Source: an uncultured Planctomycetota bacterium (GTDB taxonomy: Bacteria; Planctomycetota; Planctomycetia; Isosphaerales; Isosphaeraceae). From it: a DNA stretch of 64,000 nt. Within the stretch, counting starts at the first letter, position 1; every line of letters starts with the position of its first letter. Below are positions 55,827 to 64,000 of the stretch, piece by piece. The position numbers and the translations under genes are program-made. The stretch lies in NCBI GenBank assembly GCA_963845755.1, contig CAWJTV010000026.1:32001-96000 (forward strand), given 5' to 3'. Under the pieces are notes generated by a model that was given only the letters and a program-made list of their open reading frames with translations, searched no databases and was not told where the DNA came from.

Positions 55827-57152
55827 CTATGCCGCGAGGTCGACGACCACCGGGGCTCGCTCGAAGTCGTCGGCCGTCATCAGGGCCTGCGGCTTCGCGG
55901 CGCCCAGCGCCGCGATGAAACAATCGGGGATCCTTTGCAGCCGGTTATTGTAGAACGTCGCGATGTCATTGAAATAACTCCGCGCCAGCGCGATGCGCTG
56001 TTCCGTATCCACCAGGTTCTGGTGCAGGTGGCTGAAGGAACGATTGGCCTCGAGCTCGGGATAGCGCTCCACGATGGCGCCGACCAGCTCGGTCGCCGCT
56101 TGCGGATCGGGCCCGGGTTCGCCCGGCGGCGTGGCCTTCAATTGTGCGCGAAGCCGGGCCAGCTCGGTTTGCACGGTCCTTTCGTAGTCGCGCATGCCCT
56201 TGACGATCTCGACAAGATTGGGGATCAGGTCATGGCGCCGCTTCAGTTGCACATCCACATTCGACCACGCCTGCTGAACCCTTTGTCGCAGGGCGATCAA
56301 GCTGTTGTAGACCATGCCGATCCAACCGAGGAACCATGAGAGGGCAAGGACCACCCCGACAAGGACATACTTCGGCACGGATTCGTTCAAGGGATGGTGT
56401 TGGGTCGCGTCGGGGATGATGAATCCGCCGAGGCCGAGTCCTACGGCAAGAACTCCGCAAAGCCAGAACTGCCAGGCCAGGCCGCGCCGCACCTCGTCCT
56501 CGGAGCGCGTGGAGATCAGGAACATCTCCGCCCGGGGATCGTGGGCGATCTCGGGCGCCACCACATCGGCCCGCTCGCGGGCCTGGCCGACGACGTAGAG
56601 CGGGGCATGGAGGGGGATCGCGGACTCGACAAACCGGCGGCGGTAGGTGGAGTTGGCAACGGCTCCGGACGGGCCCTTGCCGTAGTACAGGTCATCGCCG
56701 GGGCCGCAGCTATGATCGAACACGGTCCGCGATTCCACCTTGGCTTGGTCCGGCTGGATGCGGATCACGCCGCAGTCGTCCTGCAGGTAGAACGCGATTC
56801 GCTCTCCGCCCTGTGCGACGGTGGTCCAGCCGGTTTCGATCCGGGTGCGCGTCTGCATACGACCTTCGCTGTCCCTGTAGGTTTCCACGACAGTCCGCAA
56901 CCAGTGCTCGTCCACCTGCCAATGATAAGAGACGCAGCCTGTCTCGGCGAGGAAACTGACGAGGGGCTCTTCGGCCTCGGCCGTGCCTTTCAGCTCGACC
57001 AGCCCGATGAAGACGCCGGTGGTCTTGGAGGTCGGTACGTCGGAAACCAGGCGTTGCCGCCGGCCGGCAAGCAGGCAGAAGAAGAACAGCAGAAGCGCCA
57101 GCAGGCCGCCGAGGGCTGGGATGCCGTAGGTGATAAGGAGTTGCTTGTCCAT
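55827..57152 (-). CDS. GIDE-domain/LemA fusion membrane protein
   Basis: PTSK...GLVELKG, FYLQDDCG.I.I, LYVVG.A (GIDE-like); YNSLIALR...AWSNVDVQLKRRHDLIPNLV, ERYPEL, TEQRIALAR..FND (LemA). Confidence 0.85.
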   Translation of the reverse strand: MDKQLLITYGIPALGGLLALLLFFFCLLAGRRQRLVSDVPTSKTTGVFIGLVELKGTAEAEEPLVSFLAETGCVSYHWQVDEHWLRTVVETYRDSEGRMQTRTRIETGWTTVAQGGERIAFYLQDDCGVIRIQPDQAKVESRTVFDHSCGPGDDLYYGKGPSGAVANSTYRRRFVESAIPLHAPLYVVGQARERADVVAPEIAHDPRAEMFLISTRSEDEVRRGLAWQFWLCGVLAVGLGLGGFIIPDATQHHPLNESVPKYVLVGVVLALSWFLGWIGMVYNSLIALRQRVQQAWSNVDVQLKRRHDLIPNLVEIVKGMRDYERTVQTELARLRAQLKATPPGEPGPDPQAATELVGAIVERYPELEANRSFSHLHQNLVDTEQRIALARSYFNDIATFYNNRLQRIPDCFIAALGAAKPQALMTADDFERAPVVVDLAA

Positions 57153-57263
57153 GTCTCACGGCCTGGACCGCGTTCAGGGCCGGCAGAACGTCGCCGACAA
57201 AACGGCTGAATGCGGCAGTCGGAATCCCCTGCGGATTGTCTCGGAACCGGCAACAGGCGCGCA

Positions 57264-57848
57264 CTAACCAGGTGTTGGTTCCGTCGCGCGACCGGCATCG
57301 GTGTCGACTCCGAAGTCCCGGATCGTGAAGACGGCCCGGTAATTCTCGATCCCGTTCTTCCGGAAGAGGTCCGCGGCCCCTTGTAGTCGGTCCACCAACG
57401 CCAGCACCAGGACGACCTCGCAACCCAGCTCCCGGGCGGCCTCGACCGCCTTCAGGGCCGAGCCGCCCTTGGTGAAAACGTCATCCACGATGACGACGCG
57501 GTCACCCTTCTTGAGCCCGCCCTCGACCTGCTTCTGAGTGCCGTGTGCCTTGATCTCCTCACGAACCCAGAAGCCTTCCATCGGGCGCCCGTGGCGATGG
57601 TAACTGATGACGGCCGCCGCCGTCAGGGGCACGGCCCCGACCTGGAGTCCGCCGATCGCGTCGACGTCCAGGTCCTTGGTCCGTTCGTACAGCACTTCAC
57701 CGATCAGGTAGGCGCCCTCGGAGTGGACCGCGGTCATCCTTCCATCGATGTAATAATCGCTGGTCGCCCCGGATGCCAGCCGAAACGTGCCGCGTTTGAA
57801 GGACCGTTCCTTGAAGATTTCCAGCAGTCGTTCTTCGTTCTCGGACAT
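57264..57848 (-). CDS. pyrE: Orotate phosphoribosyltransferase
   Basis: FRLASGATSDYYID, K.HGT...EG, VVIVDDVFTKGGS, LVDR. Confidence 0.92.
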   Translation of the reverse strand: MSENEERLLEIFKERSFKRGTFRLASGATSDYYIDGRMTAVHSEGAYLIGEVLYERTKDLDVDAIGGLQVGAVPLTAAAVISYHRHGRPMEGFWVREEIKAHGTQKQVEGGLKKGDRVVIVDDVFTKGGSALKAVEAARELGCEVVLVLALVDRLQGAADLFRKNGIENYRAVFTIRDFGVDTDAGRATEPTPG

Positions 57849-58608
57849 CGTTTGGTATCGCTCGCCCGTGGTCTGGAGGGGGGCGTCCCATGGGCCGCCA
57901 CCCGCGCAAATCGCTGCCCGCAGGGGTATTCGGATTATCTCTTATGACCGAGTGCCTGGCAACAAGTCGCTTCGCGGATCGTGCCGCGCCCGTGAGCGAG
58001 CAGCCATCTCGAGAGTGGCCCCGCATCGAGCGCGGCGATTTGGCCTTCCGAAGGATGCCCCGGCGAGGATCGACCCGAGGCCGTCGCCCGATTTCGGGGT
58101 GATCTCTGAAATCGGTTCTAGGCTACGCCATAGATATTTGGCTGCTCGTCGTCTCGCCGGGTCGCGACGAACCCTGGGACGAGGACGATCCCGATAGCCG
58201 GCGGTTGTCGGTCATATCGCGCACGGAAGGGCTGACCACTTTCTCGTGACCTTGCCCCGGCGCCACACCGGTTGGTGCGCTCTCTTGACGGGAGTAGCAA
58301 CGAGCTTTTGCGCGAAGACGGGTCGGCCGCGCATCGCCCGAGTGATGCGCGGCGGACCCTGTTTCCCGAAGTGAACGCGCTGTTGCATCGAGAAATCACC
58401 GCCCCTGAATCCATGGCGAGCGTTCGGTATAACCATACCTGCTGCACCACCGCCAGCGAGCGTCCGAGCCGTGATCGGCATGGTCCTTGCTAGAATGTTT
58501 CCACAGGGCTTCTCAGATCGGTGGTATGCATGCTCACTCGACCCATGCGCGAGTGTAGGCAGGGACGGGCGAGCGGTGACCCATCTCAAGTGAAAGCTGT
58601 ACATTACC

Positions 58609-59211
58609 ATGCGAACATATACCAAGAATTATCGACGTGCGCAACTGCGGGTTGAATCACTCGAAGGCAAGACTCTGCTCTCGACGGGCTCCGTGATGCA
58701 TCACGTCGCGCCCCACGTGGCGGTCGCTCCGATCGTTGCTCAGGCCACTCCATTCAGCGGTACGTTGCAGGGGTCCTACAGCAACGTGAACGTGCCCGGC
58801 TTCTCGCATATTCTGAGTTATGCGACCTCCGGCACCTTAAACGGCGTTGGATCGACACGTCTGCACGGCACACTGATTCCACGCGGTGGCGCTCGGCCGC
58901 ACCGGCTGATCGGCCAGCTCCTCATGCACAACAACGGCGGCTCGATGACGGTCAATGTCTACCAGTCGACCACGCCGGGAAATTACACCTACAAAGTTGC
59001 TCGAGCGAGAGGCGGCGACACGGCGTTCCGAGGCGGTACCGGCGAGCTGACGATTACCCAGGTCCCGTCCTTCAGCGCCGCCCTTCTACGTCTCCGGTCA
59101 AACGACGATGACGTTCACTCCGGCCTGACAACCAGTCATCATGAGAAGAACCATGTGAATTTCGATGGATATTTGGCCAAACCCGCCCTGGCGCGTGGCA
59201 GCTTGGCCTAG
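58609..59211 (+). CDS. Small planctomycete extracellular protein (probable frameshift near 59080; true end probably about 59130)
   Basis: RRAQLRVESLEGKTLLS N-terminal motif; Gly/Thr-rich beta body. Confidence 0.65.
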   Translation: MRTYTKNYRRAQLRVESLEGKTLLSTGSVMHHVAPHVAVAPIVAQATPFSGTLQGSYSNVNVPGFSHILSYATSGTLNGVGSTRLHGTLIPRGGARPHRLIGQLLMHNNGGSMTVNVYQSTTPGNYTYKVARARGGDTAFRGGTGELTITQVPSFSAALLRLRSNDDDVHSGLTTSHHEKNHVNFDGYLAKPALARGSLA

Positions 59212-59282
59212 AGCGTAGAACGAGACCCTTTCATGATGCCCCGTTCCACAACCCGCCTCAATCCCTTCCCGAAGAGATTGAG

Positions 59283-59558
59283 GTGACGGATCCGACTCAC
59301 CCCCTCTTCCGCCGGCGTTTTGCCGTCGTCTCGATCTCCCGACCACCCCACGGCTCCGGCCATGTACTCGTCGCCTATCGCGACGGGATGCAGCTCCGCA
59401 TCCCCGTCGCCTCGACCAGCGCGATGGTAAGCCAGATCACCCTTCCCGGGACAAAATGGACTCCGGACGCCATCCGTGAGCTCCTTTCCCTGATCCAGGA
59501 GGATGAAACGCCGTGTCCCTGCCCCAAGACGTCTGGTCGAAGCTCCCCAAGACCGTGA
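59283..59558 (+). CDS. Small recombinase-associated protein (DUF5372-like)
   Basis: EVTDPTHPLF.RRF.V...LRIPVAST, of the type seen upstream of such recombinases. Confidence 0.55.
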   Translation: MTDPTHPLFRRRFAVVSISRPPHGSGHVLVAYRDGMQLRIPVASTSAMVSQITLPGTKWTPDAIRELLSLIQEDETPCPCPKTSGRSSPRP

Positions 59559-59746
59559 AACAGCAAGCCATCGACGACATCTCAGCGATCTGCGCGGAGG
59601 TTATTCATGAATATCTCAGAACTCGTAACGGCTTTCCACCGGGGCCGCCAGGCCCTGATCTACATCCGACAGTCCAGCCCTCATCAGGTCCTGAACAATC
59701 TGGAGAGCCAACGGCTCCAGTACGATCTCAGGCAACGCGCCTGTGA
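59513..59746 (+). CDS. Small overlapping hypothetical protein
   Basis: VWSKLP..VKQQAIDDIS helical N-terminus overlapping both neighbours. Confidence 0.35.
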   Translation: MSLPQDVWSKLPKTVKQQAIDDISAICAEVIHEYLRTRNGFPPGPPGPDLHPTVQPSSGPEQSGEPTAPVRSQATRL

Positions 59747-61652
59747 GTGCGGCTGGGATCCCCAGGACGTCGAGATCATCGATGCCGACCTGGGAAAGAC
59801 CGGCAGCACCGTCGTGGGACGCGAGGGGTTGAAGGAACTCATCACTCGGGTCACACTCGGCCAGGTCGGCATCATCTTCTCCTACGATGTCACCCGTCTG
59901 TCACGAAACTGCACCGAGTGGTATCAACTGCTCGATCTTTGCGGCTACCGTCATTGCCTCATCGGCGACCGCGATGGGATCTACGATCCCTCCACTCCCA
60001 ACGGTCGCCTTCTGCTCGGGCTCAAAGGCCAGATCTCCGAGCTGGAGCTCCATACCCTCCGGGGTCGGCTGATCGATGGCGTGCTCAAGAAGGCCCAACG
60101 CGGGGAACTGGCACTGACTCTGCCGACCGGCCTCATCCGTGATCCGCTGGGACGCGTCACCAAGCATCCGGATCGCGAGGTCCAGGGACGCATCGATCTG
60201 GTCTTCGCCACGTTCCTCCGCCTGCGGTCCATTGCCAAAGTCGTCCGGTACTTCAAAGAGCGAAACTTGCTCATTCCTCGACGCGACTCCTTCGGCGACG
60301 TCGCCTGGAAGAGGCCCTCGGTCGCCGGTCTGGGCTCGACCCTGAAGAATCCCGCCTACGCGGGCGCATTTGTCTACGGGCGCACCCGCTCGGTCCGAAC
60401 CGGTCCCAACCAGCCGGCCGTGCAGAAACTCCAGCCGATGGCCGGGTGGCGAATCCGCATTCCGGACAAGTATCCGGCCTACATCGACTGGGCCACTTAT
60501 GAGAAAATCCAGGCCATGATCCGCGACAATTACAGCGAGTATGATCGCAATCGGACCCGAGGCGTTCCCCGGCCGGGAAAAGCCTTGTTGCACGGCATTG
60601 TCTACTGCGGCGAGTGCGGCCACCAGATGGTCGTGCAGTACAAACCGAAAACTCACTATATCTGCAATTATTTGCGCCAACAACATCAGGTCCCGGTTTG
60701 CCAGTACCTCCCCGCGGACCCGATCGACGACCATGTCGTGCAAGTCTTCTTCGCCGCCTTGGCGCCTGCGGAGCTCGACATCTACGAGCGCGTCCTGGGG
60801 TCTCTCTCGGAGGAACACGAACAGATCCATCGGGCACGGCAGCAAGAGTTGGAACGACTTCGTTACCAGGCGCGACTGGCCGAACGCCAGTTCCAGAAGT
60901 CCGATCCAGACAACCGGCTGGTGACGGCGGAACTCGAGAAGCGTTGGGAGATCGCCTTACGGGAACTCAAGCAGGCCGAAGAGGCGCGGGCACGAGAAGA
61001 GCCGCAGCCAGCGACCTGGGCTCGACTCGACAGCGCGACACGCCAGGCGCTGAGTGACGCCGGGCGGACGATCCCGGAATGGTGGGAGGCCAACCGCTTC
61101 TCACAGGAGCAGAAGAAGGCGCTATTGCGATGCCTGATCGACAAGGTCGTCGTTGATCGGAGGGTCCCGGACACGGTCCACTGTCGCGTCGTCTGGAAGG
61201 GGGGTGACGTGTCGGAGGCCGACCTCGCAGTCACGGTGGGCGCCTTGGCCCGACTCTCAGGCAGCCGAGAGATGGAGGACACGATCCTGCGGCTGGCGCG
61301 GGAAGGGAAGACCGATGAGGAGATCGCCGGCCAGTTGACCCAAGATGGCTTCCGTTCGCCCAGGGGCCGAACCGTTCTGCCCAGCACGGTTCAGCTCCTT
61401 CGCCTGAGCCACGGTCTGATGCGCGACCGCCATCAATCGCACCCACGCCAGATCCCCGGCTTCTTGACAGTCCCACAGGTGGCCATGAAGCTGAATATCC
61501 CACGACACTGGATCTATGATCGAATCCACAATGGAACAATTCAAATTGACATCAATTTCGAGAGAAGGACTTACCTGTTTCCCGACACTCCCGAGACCCT
61601 GGCCCGGTTCCGGCAACTGCGGGCAGGAGATCTCAACAACTTACGTTTTTAG
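59607..61652 (+). CDS. Large serine recombinase (resolvase + recombinase + Zn-ribbon + C-terminal HTH)
   Basis: IYIRQSS catalytic Ser, DLGKTGS, TRLSRN, LKNPAYAG, YCGECG...YIC...C; GGAGG upstream. Confidence 0.92.
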   Translation: MNISELVTAFHRGRQALIYIRQSSPHQVLNNLESQRLQYDLRQRACECGWDPQDVEIIDADLGKTGSTVVGREGLKELITRVTLGQVGIIFSYDVTRLSRNCTEWYQLLDLCGYRHCLIGDRDGIYDPSTPNGRLLLGLKGQISELELHTLRGRLIDGVLKKAQRGELALTLPTGLIRDPLGRVTKHPDREVQGRIDLVFATFLRLRSIAKVVRYFKERNLLIPRRDSFGDVAWKRPSVAGLGSTLKNPAYAGAFVYGRTRSVRTGPNQPAVQKLQPMAGWRIRIPDKYPAYIDWATYEKIQAMIRDNYSEYDRNRTRGVPRPGKALLHGIVYCGECGHQMVVQYKPKTHYICNYLRQQHQVPVCQYLPADPIDDHVVQVFFAALAPAELDIYERVLGSLSEEHEQIHRARQQELERLRYQARLAERQFQKSDPDNRLVTAELEKRWEIALRELKQAEEARAREEPQPATWARLDSATRQALSDAGRTIPEWWEANRFSQEQKKALLRCLIDKVVVDRRVPDTVHCRVVWKGGDVSEADLAVTVGALARLSGSREMEDTILRLAREGKTDEEIAGQLTQDGFRSPRGRTVLPSTVQLLRLSHGLMRDRHQSHPRQIPGFLTVPQVAMKLNIPRHWIYDRIHNGTIQIDINFERRTYLFPDTPETLARFRQLRAGDLNNLRF

Positions 61653-61713
61653 GAGGGTATCAAGATGCCCGATCCAACAGATGGGTTGCGCACGCTCTGT
61701 CAGCCGATGTTCT

Positions 61714-61759
61714 GCGGCCTGAAGGGCCGCGGGAACCTAGCCCAGGGTGAAACCCTGGG
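61714..61759. repeat. REP-like palindromic unit
   Basis: GCGGCCTGAAGGGCCGCGGGAACCTAGCCCAGGGTGAAACCCTGGG, same family as 31495-31540. Confidence 0.7.
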
Positions 61760-62134
61760 ACTCGTGCTGCGGAAGACCTGATCGAGGGCCCAACGGAGGT
61801 AGCCGCATCGAGTTCGCTAGGGGATCAGGCAACAAATCCCGCTCTGTCAGATTCCTGACGTCGATTCATCACTCAAGCTTGCAGGTTCGCTGGTGTTTCA
61901 CAGAAATCTTGAAAAATGCTGCGACCCCGTTCGGTTTCTCGAACTTGTGGTTCTTATCAATGAGGTCGTGACGCACTCGATCGCCGAACGCACTCAGGGA
62001 AGGAAGAACGGACGTATCGGACGTCCCGATCTCAGGGGTCTCAATATCCTCGTTCGTATGCGGCCATCCGCACGACCAGGCCGGTGAGGTCGAAGGGATC
62101 CTCGGACCTGGACTGACAAGGAAACGGCCCGATC

Positions 62135-64000
62135 ATGAGCACCGAGAAGTCAACCGATCGTCAGCATCTGCCGATCGACGTCCTCGAGCGGCTCGCAACG
62201 GAGCAGCCCGGCGGAGGACCCGTCGCGGCGGAGACCCTGCCGGACATCTGGCGCTGCCTGCTCTTCGGCCTGCTGGCCTATCAGAACGGACTGATCGACC
62301 AGTCGGTCCTGATCGATGCCCTGCGCGCCATCGCCAGGGGCAAGTCCGGCTCGGTGGCCGAGACGCTCGTCGTGCAGGGCGCTCTCGACGCCAGCCACCG
62401 CGCCTTGATCGAGAGCGTGCTCGTCGAGAATCTCAGGCTCCACGGCGGCGATGTCGAAGGGAGCCTTGCGCCGATGCCGATGGACGGGAGCACCCGGGAC
62501 CAGCTCGTGGCCCTGAACGACACCGGGCATGATACCACGATCACCGCTGCAGGCGACAGCCCGCGATCGACCGTACTCAAAGGAGACGGCGCGGACCGCG
62601 GCCTCACATTCGCCGCCCCGATGTTCGCCGCCCCGGGGGAACGGTTTCGCGTCCTCCGTGCCCACGCCCGGGGTGGCCTGGGCGCCGTCTTCGTCGCGCT
62701 GGACCAGGAATTGCACCGCGAGGTCGCGCTCAAGCAGATCCTCGACCGTCACGCCGACGACCCGACCAGCCGCGCCCGGTTCCTCATCGAGGCCGAGATC
62801 ACGGGCGGGCTGGAACATCCCGGGATCGTCCCCGTCTACGGCCTGGGGATCTACGCGGATGGCCGGCCCTATTACGCGATGCGGTTCATCCAGGGCGATT
62901 CGCTGAAGGAAGCCATCGAGCACTTCCATGCCGATGAGCCGCTGAAGACCGACATCGGGCGGCGCTCGCTGGAGCTGCGGAAGCTGTTGCGACGGTTCCA
63001 GGACGTCTGCAACGCCATCGAGTACGCGCACAGCCGCGGGGTCCTGCACCGCGACCTGAAGCCGGCCAACGTGATCCTGGGAAAACACGGCGAGACGCTG
63101 GTTGTGGATTGGGGCCTGGCCAAGCCGCTGGGTCGAACCGAGCCCGACGTACCCGGCGACGAGCGGCCACTGACGCTCTCGTCGGCCAGCGGGTCGGCCG
63201 AGACGCTGCCGGGCAGCGCGATGGGGACTCCGGGCTACATGAGCCCCGAGCAGGCCTCCGGGGAGCTCCATCGCCTTGGCCTGCGGTCGGACGTCTACAG
63301 CCTCGGTGCGACCCTGTACTGCCTCCTGACCGGCCACCCGCCGTTCGAGGGGGACGACGTCATCGCCGTGCTGCGTGCCGCGCAGCAGGGCGAGGTCCGA
63401 CCGCCCCGGCTGATCGACCCGACGCTGGACCGGCCCCTGGAGGCGATCTGCCTGAAAGCGATGGCCCGGCGGCCCGAGGATCGCTACCCGAGGGCGCGGC
63501 GCTGGCCGAGGACCTCGAGAGGTGGCTCGCCGACGAGCCGGTCTCGGCCTACGCCGAGCCGTGGACCAGGCGAGCCCGTCGCTGGGCGCGGCGGCATCGC
63601 ACTTTGGTTGTCACCTCGGCCTGGCTCCTGGTCAGCTCGGTCATCGGCCTGGCCGTCGGCCTGATCCTGCTCCAGGACAAGCAGCGCCAGACGGAGGCCG
63701 CGAGGCGGGAAGCCGTGGACAACCTCTACGCCGCTCAGCGTGCCCGAAGTGCCGCCGACGCCTCGCGCCACGAGGCCGAGGCGAACTTCGCCCGCGCGAT
63801 GGATGCCGTGGAGACGATGCTGGTGCGCGTCAGCGAGAAGCATCTGGTCAACCTGCCCCACTTCGAGCCGGTCCGGCGGCGGCTCCTGGAGGACGCCCTG
63901 GCCTTCTACCAGGACTTCCTCGCCCGCGCGGGCCATGAGCCGGGCGTGGCCCTCCAGGCGGCCCGCGCATATCGTTTTACCGGCGTCGTCCATCGCGAGG
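62135..64000 (+). CDS. Ser/Thr protein kinase with TM and helical tail (frameshift near 63490; runs off the window)
   Basis: ARGGLGAV, VALK, HRDLKPAN, DWGLAK, GTPGYMSPEQ; continuation LAEDLERWLADEPV...RRRLLEDALAFYQDFL in a shifted frame. Confidence 0.88.

Larger units (their letters stand above)
59231..61670 (+). mobile_element. Minimal large-serine-recombinase element bounded by att-like cores
   Basis: TCATGATGCCC (59231-59241) and TCAAGATGCCC (61660-61670) flank two small ORFs plus the recombinase; the right core lies 8 nt after the recombinase stop. Confidence 0.65.

Noticed and set aside
7521..63664. Programmed frameshifting or mass pseudogenisation
   Set aside because: The shifts are scattered, hit essential thrS and show no common slippery motif; sequencing error is more parsimonious

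Overview
GC-rich chromosomal window, most likely from a Planctomycete of the Isosphaeraceae type. The evidence is ECF sigma/Ser-Thr kinase-WD40 genes, FG-GAP/ASPIC-UnbV proteins, a PEP-CTERM protein, DUF1573/DUF6263-like genes, planctomycete-type N-terminal LEGRxLL motifs, and REP-like and heptamer repeats. Recognisable housekeeping genes are thrS, pyrE, a YraN nuclease, an ABC pair and two MFS transporters. About 15 genes, including essential thrS, are broken by single-base indels, which points to an unpolished long-read assembly rather than mass pseudogenisation. Four observations stand out. (1) An FG-GAP/ASPIC-UnbV gene has an in-frame TGA (18863-18865) followed by a hairpin fitting the bacterial SECIS geometry, making it a candidate selenoprotein. 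(2) An orphan FGE-sulfatase C-terminus carries a DGR variable-region codon signature (14368-14589, not in the ORF track). (3) A 2.4-kb minimal large-serine-recombinase element is bounded by near-identical att-like cores, and its excision would restore a palindrome (59231-61670). (4) An AT-richer pair combines a toxin-like ORF with a cyclic-phosphate-processing receiver gene (15673-16824). Also present are decayed RelE-like and Shedu-like relics and divergent paralogous flavin oxidoreductases with an ADC-fold partner. No rRNA, tRNA or CRISPR array was seen. All family calls come from motif recognition; no database searches were run.
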